The position numbers and the translations under genes are program-made. From a virus (Duplodnaviria; Caudoviricetes), in the IMG/VR virus record IMGVR_UViG_3300015375_001377, positions 12,511 through 76,510 of that record: a stretch of 64,000 bases of DNA; one strand, written 5' to 3'. Shown one piece after another: positions 27,777-39,820 of this stretch; the first letter of the stretch is position 1; each line of letters begins with the position of its first letter. A model generated the notes under the pieces. The model was not told where the DNA came from. It did not search any database and saw nothing but the letters and a program-made list of their open reading frames with translations.

Positions 27777-29639
27777 ATGGCAACACAAGATACATTTAAT
27801 AATTTTAACTTAAACGTAGATGGTTATGCTGCGTTTGATGCTCTTTCATTGAAAAATTTAATTGTAAAGAGATTAAACAGTAAAAATATATTTACAGATC
27901 AAAATTTTGAAGGCAGCAATATTTCTTCCGTAATAGATATTATTGCTTACGCATATCATGTTTTAATTTTTTATTTGAATAGAACTTCTTCTGAAAGTAC
28001 TTTTTCAACCGCAGAGCTGTATGAAAATATAAACAAAATAGTAAAGCTTATTGGTTACAACCCTATAGGCTATCAAACATCAATACTTTCATTTGAATCC
28101 TCTGCAACAGAACAGCTTCTTCCTGATACATATACTATTCCTAGGTATACCTATTTTACTGTTAACGGTTCTAACTATTCCTTTAATCAAGATGTAACTT
28201 TTACAAAATCTACAACTGGATCTGAAAATTTAACAGATTTCTCAGATCAAAACCTTCTTTATCAAGGATCATATTTTGAATATCCTATATATCTTGCTAC
28301 AGGAGAACCTTTTGAAACGTTAACCCTTACTATTGTTGATAATGAGGGTAATAATCAATTACTAGATCATTTTAATATTGATGTGTATGTAAAAGATAAT
28401 ACTGTAACATCACCAAAGTGGGTAAAATGGTCACCTGCTGCATCTCTATTCTTAGAAAAGAGCAGTTCAACAAGTTATGAAATAAGATTAAATGAATTTG
28501 GTAGATATGAAATAAAATTTGGTAATAATATAAATGGAAAGCAATTAAATGCAAACGATAACGTAGCTGTTTATTATTTAAAATCATCAGGTACAAGAGG
28601 GCAGATCGGTCCAAACTTATTAAATGGTAATAAACTATTTTCTTACTCTACACCTACTTATGATCAAATATTAACAGATACCATTTCTCAGAATTTAAAA
28701 TTATTACCGGTAAATCAATACGCATTTTTAAATTTTACCAATACTAACCCTTCTACAGACTTTGTTGAGACAGAAAGCACAGAAAGCATTAAGACAAATG
28801 CAACAAACACTTTTAAAAGTCAATTCAGATTAATTTCTACTGAAGATTTTGCTAACTACATACTTAAAAACTATAGTAATATCTTAGCTAGCGTTAAAGT
28901 TGTTAATAATTGGGACTTTTTAAGCCAACATATCAAATATTACTTTGATATAGGGGTTGAAAAACCTAATTTAAATGCAAGAATTTTATTTAATCAAGTT
29001 AAATTTGCTGATTCATGTAATTTTAATAATATATATCTGTACGCGGTGCCCAAACTTCAAAAAATTACATCTTTAACTACAAGAACTAATTATTTAAACT
29101 CAGCTCAAAAACAATTAATACTTAACGATATTAATAAAGTAAAACTAGCATCTGCTGAAATTATAGTAAATGACCCTGTGTATGTTTGTGTTGATTTAGG
29201 AATAAAAATACCTGGAGAAGATTTATCACCTTCAGTAGCTGATACAACAATCTTACAAATAACTAGAAATGTTACATCAAAAAGAAACCCAGAAGCTGTA
29301 AAAAAGGAAATATCTGAAATCTTTGTAAATGCTTTTTCAACAACTAAAGATAATTTAGGTATAATTATATCCTTAACTGATATCACTAATCAAATTCTTC
29401 AAATTGAAGGTGTTAATGATATTAAAACCATTAGAACAGTTAATGGTGTGTCATATGAAATACCCGGTGTAAGTCTTTTAGTATATAATCCTGTTTATCC
29501 TAATATAGATATTACAACCATAACACAAGACACTCAATTACCGTTTTTTAAATTTCCATATTTAAATAATCAATTAGAGTTCATCAATAAAATAAGTGTA
29601 ATTACACCTTCATTACAGTTTCTTGAGAAAGAATACTAA
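27777..29639 (+). CDS. gp6: baseplate wedge subunit gp6-like
   Basis: FTDQNFEGSNISSVIDIIAY..H, STAELYENI..IVKLIGYNP, YEIKFG, G..GP, RLISTEDF. Confidence 0.9.
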   Translation: MATQDTFNNFNLNVDGYAAFDALSLKNLIVKRLNSKNIFTDQNFEGSNISSVIDIIAYAYHVLIFYLNRTSSESTFSTAELYENINKIVKLIGYNPIGYQTSILSFESSATEQLLPDTYTIPRYTYFTVNGSNYSFNQDVTFTKSTTGSENLTDFSDQNLLYQGSYFEYPIYLATGEPFETLTLTIVDNEGNNQLLDHFNIDVYVKDNTVTSPKWVKWSPAASLFLEKSSSTSYEIRLNEFGRYEIKFGNNINGKQLNANDNVAVYYLKSSGTRGQIGPNLLNGNKLFSYSTPTYDQILTDTISQNLKLLPVNQYAFLNFTNTNPSTDFVETESTESIKTNATNTFKSQFRLISTEDFANYILKNYSNILASVKVVNNWDFLSQHIKYYFDIGVEKPNLNARILFNQVKFADSCNFNNIYLYAVPKLQKITSLTTRTNYLNSAQKQLILNDINKVKLASAEIIVNDPVYVCVDLGIKIPGEDLSPSVADTTILQITRNVTSKRNPEAVKKEISEIFVNAFSTTKDNLGIIISLTDITNQILQIEGVNDIKTIRTVNGVSYEIPGVSLLVYNPVYPNIDITTITQDTQLPFFKFPYLNNQLEFINKISVITPSLQFLEKEY

Positions 29640-32600
29640 TGGCCAGTCCAAACCTAACATACCTATACTTTGATGTAAGAGGTTATAATGGGTTATCTAT
29701 TCTCTCTGCTTATTCAGTACCCATAACACCGTTAACCTTCGTTCCTGATTTTACTACTTCTACTCTTCTTTCAGGCGATGCAATAATATCAAATAAAAAA
29801 CTAGTGTGGAATTTTGGAGACGGTACTTATTCACAGGATCTAACTGCAATTCATCAATTTAAATGGCCAGGAAAATATAAGGTTAAACTTACCGTTTTTG
29901 ATAACAGTGGTAACGCTTTTGACAGTAATTTTCAACCTGAAATACAAATTTATGATTTTATAAACGATCAAATTCAATTTAAAGACTTTAAACGTTTTAT
30001 TTATGATGTACCTGCTAGTAAAATTATAGACCCATTAAGAATTCTTACTCAAAATAGCTGGCAATCGTTTAGAGCTATTTCTGCAGATGGTGGATATACC
30101 GTAAACCTATATGCATCTGGCTCTTCCGGTGATTACATTGATATTAATAGCTACAATAACGATAAATGGTCACATTTAAGATCGCTTTCAAGATTTTATC
30201 AAATTCAAGATGTTGGTGATCAAGAAGAATATGTTATAGTTGATAAAGTTAAGACTCAAAATAAAGAGATTTACGCAAAGGTAAACAATAACAATATAGT
30301 TTTATGTAATAAAGAAGATCTTGGTTCTTGTTTTGTAGGAACCACTGGTTACGCAGATTTTTATTATGTAGATGACAGAGTTAAGAATTTTACATCTAGA
30401 GAAAATCCTATTATTTTATTTTGTACCTTAGATAATAAAAAAATACAAGATTATTTTACAACTAGTAGAAATTTATTTGATTATATTGAATACCCACCTG
30501 CAGGATTTCAAAATTTAGAGCCTGCAACCTTACCAATAATAAAAGTAAGAAACAACTCAGCTGATAGGCTTACTATTACCACTACAGGTATTGATGGAGA
30601 GGGATATCTTTCTGCAACTAACTTTAATATACCATCAATAAGTTGGCAAAATACAAAAATACCTTTCGTAGTAAAAATGAAAGACGATAAAAACTTTACA
30701 ACTAAAACATATCCACCTTTATATAGTTCTCAAATAGAAAATATCTTACCTTTAACTTCTTTTGATTTAAAAATAGGGTTATTAGAATATGATAATATTT
30801 TAAGTTGCTATAAAGAAGTAACTGGGGTTACGTTTTATTCTGATTTTAGCCCTGACATCCCAAGAAATATAGGAGCTTTTTATAAGGGATATTTTACATG
30901 TGATAGACCCACATATAATTGTAAGCTAACAGCGACTATAGTTGTGAATGACCCTAAATCCTTTCCTAAAGATTCTGTTGTTGGTTGGATAGCAGAGCCT
31001 CAATATCAATATGTAAAGAGATTTCTAAAAACTTCATTGTATGATTTTTGTAAGGGGTACGTCTCATTAACACTTTCTGCAGTTAGAAATGATTTTAGAA
31101 CACCAGGATGCTTTGAAAGTTATGCTATTGCTGTTGCACCATCTGGTGCCTCGTTTAGAGAAGATTATAGAACTTGGATAGGTGACGGTAGCAGTGATTC
31201 TATATTTAAAATAGATGTATTTGGTAATATACTATCTGCATTCCCTTTATCTGCAATGCTAGTTAAAAATCTTACAGGATTCGAAATACAAAATCTTTTA
31301 TCACCCGTTTTAAGTAGTGCTGCACCAAATAGTATAGCTTTAAATAGTTATAATGATGCTTGGATATCACTATTTGACACCGCATCAGTTATAAAGGTTA
31401 ACAATATTACAGGCCATGTTACTGATTTCGTCCACCCACATTATCAAAACTTAGTATATTTTTTAAGTTCAGATTATAATTTGCCACAATTAAGCGGGTT
31501 TGCTGGTGAAAATTCACTAATACCAGCATCTATTGATACAGACTATGACGATAACTTATGGGTAGCTTATACACACCCCGCTTCAAATTTCTTAGCAAAA
31601 TACGATACGTATGGTACTATGTTAACTGCTATACCAATGCCTTGGATGCATTCTCCTGTTGAATTATTAGTAGATAGAGATTCAAAAATATGGCTTACTG
31701 CATATAATTTATCAGTAGACGGTACCACGTTATCAGGTAGAAGTGATTTTCTTTATAGATTTGATAGTACAGGAACAGTGCTACCAGGTTACCCACTAAG
31801 CGGGTTTAAATTTATCGGTAACATATCTGTTGATAGTCAGCAAAATGCTTACGTTGTTGAAGACAAAGAAACTATAGTAAAAATAGATAATTTAAATAGA
31901 ACCATGACATACTATACAGGAGGATCTGGAAATAATAAAACCAACTATATACAAAGTATAGGAGGAATTGCATGTGATACATCTGACTTTTTGTGGGTAC
32001 TTAATAACTGGGATAATAAAATGTATTATCTTGATACCTATCTTACGTCTATAACCTCAGTTTCAGGTGTAGATCAGGTTGATTTATTTTATCCGCTTTC
32101 AGCTGATTATTATTACCCAGTTTCTTCATTTACAGATCAGAGATTTCAAGCTTATGGTGACTGGTTAGGGTCAAGATGGATAAACAAATATATGGCACCC
32201 AAAGCAGTTGTACGTACACTTTCAGGATCATCCGATATTTTTAGTGTATACCCTACACAAGGAAAATTTAATATAACTAAAATAAATGAAAATTTTGATG
32301 CAAATAGTTTTTATAATGATTTAAGATATCAAGAATCTCTTTTAGATAAATCAGTATTCTTTGATGACTTTTTAGGTACTATAGTAGGTAAAACGTCTGC
32401 TCAGCCTTACGAATTAGGAAAAACAGTATATGAGAAAATAGCAAATTTTGTTTATAATAATGCAGATATAGATAGATGTAATCTTGAAAAACTTTTATCT
32501 TTTTGTAGCGAATTAGGCATTCAATTTGAAGAGTATAATTACCCTTTTCCGCCACAATTAAGAAGGCTAATTGACACGCTTACAATTAAGCATAAATTGC

Positions 32601-33103
32601 TCTATGGAAATAAAAATACTTTTAATTATGATTTTAACAAGCAAAACACAAACAACCCTAATATAGGTAGAAATTTAGGCAAAGAACTGGATGTAAGAAC
32701 TGCAGTTATATCATCAGGTAAACCTATAGTAGCATATGAAATATTTTCAGATTTATACGATTTAGTTAATAGAAATACTATACCTAACACACCTTACAAC
32801 ACACTTATACCTCTTTCTTCTTTTAATTATAATTGGGGATGGGGGTTAGTGGCTCCTATTTCTATTAGTGGTGTAGAGATAAAAAATTATTATAAGTTTT
32901 TTGAATATATAGACAAACAAGAAGGAAGCTATTATAACAATTTAATTAATTGGAATGATCCTTTAACTCTATTAACTTTTGATTTAAGTAGTTATAAGGA
33001 CTGGTCAAAAACAGACGGTATAATGCAAAATATGATAAGTTATGAGCTTACTAAGGGATTAAAGCTGTTCCTTAGCGGTTCTAACATAGTATATAATAAT
33101 TAA
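29639..33103 (+). CDS. large baseplate/wedge-associated protein with PKD domain, beta-propeller-like repeats and gp7/P2-gpI-like C-terminus
   Basis: WNFGDG (PKD); repeated (I/L)xxDxxxNxW(V/I) blades; NADIDRCNLEKLLSFCSELG resembles the P2 gpI/gp7 wedge motif; follows gp6. Confidence 0.55.
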   Translation: MASPNLTYLYFDVRGYNGLSILSAYSVPITPLTFVPDFTTSTLLSGDAIISNKKLVWNFGDGTYSQDLTAIHQFKWPGKYKVKLTVFDNSGNAFDSNFQPEIQIYDFINDQIQFKDFKRFIYDVPASKIIDPLRILTQNSWQSFRAISADGGYTVNLYASGSSGDYIDINSYNNDKWSHLRSLSRFYQIQDVGDQEEYVIVDKVKTQNKEIYAKVNNNNIVLCNKEDLGSCFVGTTGYADFYYVDDRVKNFTSRENPIILFCTLDNKKIQDYFTTSRNLFDYIEYPPAGFQNLEPATLPIIKVRNNSADRLTITTTGIDGEGYLSATNFNIPSISWQNTKIPFVVKMKDDKNFTTKTYPPLYSSQIENILPLTSFDLKIGLLEYDNILSCYKEVTGVTFYSDFSPDIPRNIGAFYKGYFTCDRPTYNCKLTATIVVNDPKSFPKDSVVGWIAEPQYQYVKRFLKTSLYDFCKGYVSLTLSAVRNDFRTPGCFESYAIAVAPSGASFREDYRTWIGDGSSDSIFKIDVFGNILSAFPLSAMLVKNLTGFEIQNLLSPVLSSAAPNSIALNSYNDAWISLFDTASVIKVNNITGHVTDFVHPHYQNLVYFLSSDYNLPQLSGFAGENSLIPASIDTDYDDNLWVAYTHPASNFLAKYDTYGTMLTAIPMPWMHSPVELLVDRDSKIWLTAYNLSVDGTTLSGRSDFLYRFDSTGTVLPGYPLSGFKFIGNISVDSQQNAYVVEDKETIVKIDNLNRTMTYYTGGSGNNKTNYIQSIGGIACDTSDFLWVLNNWDNKMYYLDTYLTSITSVSGVDQVDLFYPLSADYYYPVSSFTDQRFQAYGDWLGSRWINKYMAPKAVVRTLSGSSDIFSVYPTQGKFNITKINENFDANSFYNDLRYQESLLDKSVFFDDFLGTIVGKTSAQPYELGKTVYEKIANFVYNNADIDRCNLEKLLSFCSELGIQFEEYNYPFPPQLRRLIDTLTIKHKLLYGNKNTFNYDFNKQNTNNPNIGRNLGKELDVRTAVISSGKPIVAYEIFSDLYDLVNRNTIPNTPYNTLIPLSSFNYNWGWGLVAPISISGVEIKNYYKFFEYIDKQEGSYYNNLINWNDPLTLLTFDLSSYKDWSKTDGIMQNMISYELTKGLKLFLSGSNIVYNN

Positions 33104-33111
33104 ATATTTTC

Positions 33112-36100
33112 ATGTCCAATCTAAGCAGATTTATAGATGAAAGGATAAAGAACTCCATAACATCAGAAAATGTTGATTCAAGTGCTTTAGTAGACGCATA
33201 TCAACCTCTATCTTTTATAGAATGGATTGAAAATGAAAGAGCTGTATTTACTTCAATCAGCGATCTCTTATTAAGATATAATTCATATATAACTAATTGG
33301 TATGAAGTAAAAAATATACTACCAGAAGCAAGACAAGATGTAATAGTTGATCTATATAAAAGCTTAGTAAAAGAAATTATTCTAAATTACACAACTACTA
33401 ATGAAAGAAGATTTTTAAAGAATATAGATTACAGTAATAGCTCTGACCTAGCTATAGCTATTCCTTTCTTTTCTCAGAAACTTAAAGATATTTGTATTTA
33501 TTTTTCTACTTTACGTGATAGAGCTAAAACCGCTGTAACTGAATATAATTTAAAAGGAAGTAATTATGGAGTAGAGAAATTAATTTATAATGAAATTTCT
33601 AAAGCATTAGAGACACAAGATCTAACAGATTTAATTAAAACCTACAATCTTTCTATTTCTTCTATAAGAGATGATTTAATAGTAGAACTAGAAGAGTTAT
33701 TTGACATCTATCCAAATTATTATGATCTAGGAACACTTCCTACTTCATCTTATGAGGCAACAGGCTTAAGAGAGCAATTTTTTAATACAAATACCTTTCA
33801 ATTGGATCCCGATCTTTATTTAAATTTTGACAAATCTATAATAAGGGCTATATCAAGCTACCCATTCTTTCTAGTTGAATTAGGGACAAATAATTTTACA
33901 GTAGTACCTGAAATATCAGCATCACAATTAGAATATCTAAAAGATTTAGATTTTATAAATTTAGTTAATAATCAAGATAAAAATAATTTAAAATTAAATT
34001 TAATATCTGACTTTAACAAAAAATTTATTGGAACAGATTTTTTCTACATCTCTACAAACAGCTCAAATTATGCACTAACAGGAAAACTTTTTGATGCAGA
34101 TTCAAGATTTGCAAATTATTTAAATAAACTATCACCTACTTTGTTATTTGTCCCGGAAGAGAGTGAATTAAAAAGAGCTCAAAATATAGGATTATTTTTT
34201 AAGCCCGATAAAATTGGACTTTTAAACTTTTTTAACTTTGATTTTTTTCCAGTTTTAAATACGTCTATTTTAAGTACTGACACTATTTATATATTTCCTG
34301 ACCCCAACAAATTTGGAAACATATCTGGTAATACCAAGCAAATAAATAAAATACCTTTAAATTATGTAGAAAATAATAGTATATTGCAATATGATTTTTC
34401 TAATTCATATGAATTTGGCGATATAAAAAGTGATTCATTAGTGCCGACATTCAGGAGCTATCAATCAAGGGAACAAAGTTTAGATATATCAAATAACGGC
34501 TTAGCTAGATATTCAGATCCTCAAGAGTTTTTTGCTGGTGATTTAAAGGATAAATGGGCTAATGAAGACGTTTACCCATTAATACCATCTAATCTTTATC
34601 CTATAGATGAGAGGATTTCTGATTTTAACCCAACCCTTAAAACATTAGTTCAGTTTAAAGCTGATGTATACGGCAACTCCTACGGTTTATACAAATATAT
34701 AGAACCAAATTACAATTTAAACGGTATTCTTTCTTCTGCTGAATTTGCAGATGAAAATAAAATTTGTCTTATACTAGACGGCTATTCAATGTACGATTTA
34801 ATAAGTGGATATAATTTTAATTATTCTCTAAGCGGAACTATATTAAGATCAATTAATCAGATCCCACCTGGATCAGGGTATTATACAAGATTACCCTTAT
34901 TAACTGCTATTTCACCACTATCAGCAAGCAGATACAACAACGGTATTCCTGAGTTTGAATTACAGGGCGAATTTTTTAATATCTTGTCATACCGTTTTCA
35001 ACCAGAAAAATTTTGCTCAGAATATGTAAACATATTTTTAAATTGTAACTTAAAGGATGGTATAACATTTGTATCACCTACATCTGGTCCATGGCCGGAC
35101 TTTCCTTCTGATGATATAGGGTTTGATTCCTTGAAGACAGTTTATTACAATGATTTACTGGATGGCGCTGCTAGCCCTACCAGTCCTAATTATATAGCAT
35201 CTTTTTCTAATCCAGGATCTTTTCTATTTGAACCACCTCTATCAGCTATCACTTTACAAGACTGTTCATATTTTGTTGTAAGCTCTTTTACTAATTCTAT
35301 TACACCTTGTAATGATAGTGTTGATTCAGAAGAAGGTTTCACAGAAAATAATTTCTTTGTTAACTTAACGTTACCATTACGCAATACTTCTTATCTTCCA
35401 ACAGTATCTAGCAGTATAACTAAAAAACAAACTATTTATAAAACAAAATATATTAACACTGGCTCTCTTTATTTTAGATCATCTGATAATAATAAAATTT
35501 TACCTATTTACAATGTGTTATCTGCTAATTTTATAAAATATCCTCTAAGTATACAGAGTGAAATTCAAGATAATAAAATTATTAACTTTGATATTTTTTA
35601 TGACACTTTGCATATAGAAACACAAAATTATTTAATTTTTGATAAAATAGAGTTTAATTATGTAACAAATAAGCCTAAGAGCTCTACTAGCAGTGCATCT
35701 TTTATTTCTAAAGGAAATCATAATCTATTTGAAAAATTCTCTACGCTATGGTTTGATGAAAAGCTAAACCAGGTATTTTTTGCAACAACAAATTTGTTTT
35801 ACTATTTAAGCGCTACAAATTTTAAGATAATATACCCTACAATCTATGTTCTTGATGTAGCTACAACCTCTATAAAACAAATTTACCCATTTAAAAATGC
35901 TAGTAATTTAACTTACACTGAATTAAAGGATTTTAGTTTATCAGGTACAGGTTATAGTATAGATATTGTCGAAATTGATAAACCCATATTTAGCTATAGT
36001 AGTGAAAGCGATAGCTTTAATATTTCTTATTTAGCTAAAGATGTTTCTGGGTTACCTTACATTAATGAAATAAGATTTAAATATTTTAATGGTGTGCTAA

Positions 36101-36252
36101 GTAATGTAAATAACTATTTCTTTAAACCCAAAATTGAAAATATGCATTTAAATTTTTCTAACCCTTCATCTTTTAATGATTATAATACATATTCTGTATT
36201 AGGCAGCAGTGCAGGTGTAGTAATAAACGGAGAGTTTGTATTCGGAGTTTAA
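33112..36252 (+). CDS. large baseplate/wedge-associated structural protein (gp7-like)
   Basis: 1046 aa; [15 protein letters not shown] resembles the gp7/gpI KG(T/S) motif; late promoter. Confidence 0.5.
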   Translation: MSNLSRFIDERIKNSITSENVDSSALVDAYQPLSFIEWIENERAVFTSISDLLLRYNSYITNWYEVKNILPEARQDVIVDLYKSLVKEIILNYTTTNERRFLKNIDYSNSSDLAIAIPFFSQKLKDICIYFSTLRDRAKTAVTEYNLKGSNYGVEKLIYNEISKALETQDLTDLIKTYNLSISSIRDDLIVELEELFDIYPNYYDLGTLPTSSYEATGLREQFFNTNTFQLDPDLYLNFDKSIIRAISSYPFFLVELGTNNFTVVPEISASQLEYLKDLDFINLVNNQDKNNLKLNLISDFNKKFIGTDFFYISTNSSNYALTGKLFDADSRFANYLNKLSPTLLFVPEESELKRAQNIGLFFKPDKIGLLNFFNFDFFPVLNTSILSTDTIYIFPDPNKFGNISGNTKQINKIPLNYVENNSILQYDFSNSYEFGDIKSDSLVPTFRSYQSREQSLDISNNGLARYSDPQEFFAGDLKDKWANEDVYPLIPSNLYPIDERISDFNPTLKTLVQFKADVYGNSYGLYKYIEPNYNLNGILSSAEFADENKICLILDGYSMYDLISGYNFNYSLSGTILRSINQIPPGSGYYTRLPLLTAISPLSASRYNNGIPEFELQGEFFNILSYRFQPEKFCSEYVNIFLNCNLKDGITFVSPTSGPWPDFPSDDIGFDSLKTVYYNDLLDGAASPTSPNYIASFSNPGSFLFEPPLSAITLQDCSYFVVSSFTNSITPCNDSVDSEEGFTENNFFVNLTLPLRNTSYLPTVSSSITKKQTIYKTKYINTGSLYFRSSDNNKILPIYNVLSANFIKYPLSIQSEIQDNKIINFDIFYDTLHIETQNYLIFDKIEFNYVTNKPKSSTSSASFISKGNHNLFEKFSTLWFDEKLNQVFFATTNLFYYLSATNFKIIYPTIYVLDVATTSIKQIYPFKNASNLTYTELKDFSLSGTGYSIDIVEIDKPIFSYSSESDSFNISYLAKDVSGLPYINEIRFKYFNGVLSNVNNYFFKPKIENMHLNFSNPSSFNDYNTYSVLGSSAGVVINGEFVFGV

Positions 36253-36253
36253 T

Positions 36254-37672
36254 ATGCCCTATACAGTACCAATTTCAGCTAGTAGCTCATATTTGTTTTT
36301 TGAACAACCTGTCTTATCTAATAAAGATTCAGTTATTTCTTTTGAGTATAACTACTCTTCCCTTTTAAATGGCGGTGAAGGTATTTGCGTCTTTATAGTC
36401 GATAGTAATAATTTCTTAAACTATCCAATTAGAGGCGGCGGCCCAGGCAAAGCTCTTAACTATACAGCATATAAAGATTTGACATCTAGTATAACTGGCA
36501 CAGGTTTCAGTAATTATCCTGGATTGTTAGGGGGCGTTTTAGGAATAGGGTTTGATAAGAACGGTAATTATGCTCTATCATCTATTGGTGTATCAGGACT
36601 AGCTGCACCCATACCTAATTCTATTTGCATAAGAGGCCCACAATACAATGATTATAATGTATTATTAAGAACTAATAATTTAAATACACATAATACACCA
36701 GTAAATCTTTTTCTTTCTACTTCTTCTAACAATTACTTAAAAGCAAGAATAAAAATTTCTAATTTAGGAAATAACATAACAGTATCTATTCAAAATCCCA
36801 CCACTTTAGAATTTATAAAATATATAGATTATAACTTACCATTTACGTTACCAGAAAAGATATTTACAGGAATTGGATATAGTGAAAATAGCTTAGATTC
36901 AAAACTATCATTAAAAAATTTTAATATAAATGGCTTTTTTGATATTAATATTACACCTACACCAACCGTAACACCTTCAATAACACCTTCAATAACACCA
37001 TCTGTTACCCCATCCTATACACCTTCGCCTACACCTTCTATTACACCAACAAATACTGTTACCCCAACAGTTACACCAACAATCACTAACACTTCCTCAC
37101 AAACACCAACCCAGACTCCAACTATAACACATACACCTACACCTACACTAACACCGACCGTTACACCCACGGTTACTGAAACACCATATGCTACAGAGAC
37201 CCCTGCAGAAACACCAACCAATACACCTACTCCTTCTCGTACTCCTACTACTACACCTACAGTAACCCCTACAATAACAAATACACCTTCTATAACACCT
37301 AGCGTCACTATAACTAAAACTCCAAGTAGAACACCAACAAATACACCTACTGTTACACCTACAGTTACCCCTACAGGCTTTATAGCTTGCGATGTTGTAT
37401 TAAATAATATTGGATCTTCTACAATTCAATATAGGAGAGTCTATTTTGGGCCTGACTCAGGTGATGCGCAAATTAGATTTATACCTGGAATAGATGATGA
37501 TAAGTTTGAAATTTATTCTGAAAACCGTCAACTATGGGTATATGATTCAGGATTCATATCCTCACCAGTCACAATTAGCGGCTTTTTCCCTGATCCTGAC
37601 TTTTTAACATTTAAAGTTACTACAACTGCTGCGACGGTAAACTGGTCTATAAGCGCAACATGCCCTGTCTAA
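36254..37672 (+). CDS. fibre/adhesin: degenerate L-type lectin domain, Pro/Thr linker, disulfide-type C-terminal domain
   Basis: GGEGICVFI...[10 protein letters not shown]...GIGFDKNGN lectin pattern; about 140-aa PT tract; C...WSISATCP terminal domain. ATG 36254 preferred. Confidence 0.7.
   Translation: MPYTVPISASSSYLFFEQPVLSNKDSVISFEYNYSSLLNGGEGICVFIVDSNNFLNYPIRGGGPGKALNYTAYKDLTSSITGTGFSNYPGLLGGVLGIGFDKNGNYALSSIGVSGLAAPIPNSICIRGPQYNDYNVLLRTNNLNTHNTPVNLFLSTSSNNYLKARIKISNLGNNITVSIQNPTTLEFIKYIDYNLPFTLPEKIFTGIGYSENSLDSKLSLKNFNINGFFDINITPTPTVTPSITPSITPSVTPSYTPSPTPSITPTNTVTPTVTPTITNTSSQTPTQTPTITHTPTPTLTPTVTPTVTETPYATETPAETPTNTPTPSRTPTTTPTVTPTITNTPSITPSVTITKTPSRTPTNTPTVTPTVTPTGFIACDVVLNNIGSSTIQYRRVYFGPDSGDAQIRFIPGIDDDKFEIYSENRQLWVYDSGFISSPVTISGFFPDPDFLTFKVTTTAATVNWSISATCPV
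36951..37376 (+). repeat. coding Pro/Thr low-complexity repeat
   Basis: ACA/CCT/ACC-rich TPT(V/I/N) units, almost G-free on the plus strand. Confidence 0.85.
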
Positions 37673-37684
37673 TTAAATAATTTT

Positions 37685-38365
37685 GTGAGATTTTTAAATG
37701 TAGTTTTATCCAGCTATCAAATACCTGGATACCCGAATTTCTTAAATCACTATATATTTGTTGACCCTATCGATGGGGTTAATATTACATACCCTAATAC
37801 TGCTAACGGGGATTTATTTACATCCACAAGCTATCTATCTGCAGTAACAGGTGGCTTAATATTCCCATGGGGATATACAGTTCAAAACACTACAACTTTT
37901 ATTAATTTAGGTGTGCTGAAAGGCCCTTATACTATTACCTTTAACCCCTCTTCTATAGATAACACATTTTATACAACTTTAAAAATAATGTATGATTTTG
38001 GTGATGGTTCAGAAGTATATACTGTTGAAAAAGATGTTGTAATTGATTATAATAAAATTAATCTTTCAGAGTTAACCAATTCTGCTGATGCAGGAAACCC
38101 TAAGGTTGTTAAAGTAAATCATGAATATTGGCCATCAAAAGAAAATCTTACTACATACACTGTAACTATAACTGTAGTTAATGGTAATTTTGTTAATAAT
38201 GTTTTCTATATATATCTATCCTCAGTACACGATTCCATATACGATTTAAACGAAATACACATGCTAAATAAGCTAGATTTAGATAGCCAAGCTAAGAATA
38301 ATTTATTAGTATTAGAATATGATAATGATGAAACTTCTATATCTAATTTAAAGCTTACAAGATAA
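37685..38365 (+). CDS. structural protein with PKD-like domain
   Basis: MYDFGDGS...V.HEY; late promoter, GTG start. Confidence 0.6.
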   Translation: MRFLNVVLSSYQIPGYPNFLNHYIFVDPIDGVNITYPNTANGDLFTSTSYLSAVTGGLIFPWGYTVQNTTTFINLGVLKGPYTITFNPSSIDNTFYTTLKIMYDFGDGSEVYTVEKDVVIDYNKINLSELTNSADAGNPKVVKVNHEYWPSKENLTTYTVTITVVNGNFVNNVFYIYLSSVHDSIYDLNEIHMLNKLDLDSQAKNNLLVLEYDNDETSISNLKLTR

Positions 38366-38398
38366 CAATATATTTATTTTCATTTAATAAATATTAAT

Positions 38399-39532
38399 AT
38401 GCCTGAAATACCGGATTTTAATAATATTCAAAGAACTAGGCGCCTGGTAAATTCGGATAGACTATCCTTTAAAAAAATAGTAAATTTAGGAGCACCAAGC
38501 TCTTCAGATATTAGTGTTCTAACAATAGACCCTACACCTTCTGTAACACCTACAATATCATTAACACCTACACTAACACCTACAATTACAGATACCCCTA
38601 CACCAACACCTACAGTAACTGAAACGCCACCTAACACACCTTCACCAACACCTTCAAAGACTCCAACTAATACACCAACCATTTCTTTAACACCCAGCAC
38701 TTCTCAAGCTGTAACTTTAACACCAACACCAACTACTTCAAATACACCTAGCAATACGCCTACACAGACACCTACCCATACACCAAGCGTGTCGCCTTCT
38801 ATATCACCTTCAGTAACTCCAACAATTACTAATACCCCATCAGAGACACCTACTAATACACCTACCGTTTCACTCACACTTTCAGTAACCCCAACAATTA
38901 CTGATACACCTACCGGCACACCTACACCTACAGTAACTAATACATCTAGTAATACCCCAACACCTACTCCTACTGAGACGCCAACAAATACACCAACAAT
39001 TTCATTTACCCCTACAGAGACACCAACGCCCACAGAGACACCAACACCTACAGAAACACCCACTGTCACCCCTACATTTACAAACACACCTACACAAACT
39101 TCAACTGTTACACCTACAATTACAGATACCCCTACACCAACACCTACAGTAACTGAAACGCCACCTAACACACCTTCACCAACACCAACAATTTCATTAA
39201 CACCTTCTAATACTCCCACAAATACTCCAACACCTACAGTAACTCCAACTAAGCAACTTACTGAACTAACTGGACCTGGTCCTGTAAGTAATGGGTCAGG
39301 TGTTACATTCACATCATTATCAACAGAAAAAATAAGATTTTTTGCAAAATCGTTTACCGGATTTCCTCATACTAACATAATAAGAATTAATGGCGTTAAT
39401 TTAGCCAGTGTTGGTATTTTTGAATCTTATATAGGCACACCTTTTACTTTTATAGATACATCAAACAACTTATTTACAAGTGCATTCCAGTCCGGAGCAC
39501 CTACACCATCTATAATTAACTTTATCTTGTAA
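38399..39532 (+). CDS. Pro/Thr-repeat (mucin-like) stalk protein with short N-terminal leader and about 90-aa C-terminal domain
   Basis: About 240 aa of TPT/TPS repeats; late promoter. Confidence 0.8.
   Translation: MPEIPDFNNIQRTRRLVNSDRLSFKKIVNLGAPSSSDISVLTIDPTPSVTPTISLTPTLTPTITDTPTPTPTVTETPPNTPSPTPSKTPTNTPTISLTPSTSQAVTLTPTPTTSNTPSNTPTQTPTHTPSVSPSISPSVTPTITNTPSETPTNTPTVSLTLSVTPTITDTPTGTPTPTVTNTSSNTPTPTPTETPTNTPTISFTPTETPTPTETPTPTETPTVTPTFTNTPTQTSTVTPTITDTPTPTPTVTETPPNTPSPTPTISLTPSNTPTNTPTPTVTPTKQLTELTGPGPVSNGSGVTFTSLSTEKIRFFAKSFTGFPHTNIIRINGVNLASVGIFESYIGTPFTFIDTSNNLFTSAFQSGAPTPSIINFIL
38530..39250 (+). repeat. coding Pro/Thr repeat with an exact 77-bp direct repeat (38576-38652 = 39110-39186)
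   Basis: Compared base by base. Confidence 0.85.
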
Positions 39533-39543
39533 TAAATAAATTT

Positions 39544-39810
39544 ATGAGTAATGAAATTTATACATATCAAGGACCCAGATCATTAGGACACGGTTGTTCT
39601 TTTGTTTCTCAATATAACGAACAATTTAAAATCGAGAAAATAGAAAACGCTACTGGCATGCCAGGTGTTATGATTTTGTTTGTAAATAATACACCCTCTG
39701 CAAGCTTTACATTTAATACAGCTTATATTAACAAGCCATTTGAATTTATTGATAAAAATGGTAACTCACACTCAGGTATAGTTAGTTTTGGAAAAGTATA
39801 TCTAGAGTAA
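39544..39810 (+). CDS. stand-alone paralogue of the C-terminal domain of 38399..39532
   Basis: [30 protein letters not shown] shared; own late promoter. Confidence 0.75.
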   Translation: MSNEIYTYQGPRSLGHGCSFVSQYNEQFKIEKIENATGMPGVMILFVNNTPSASFTFNTAYINKPFEFIDKNGNSHSGIVSFGKVYLE

Positions 39811-39820
39811 CCTGCTCTAT

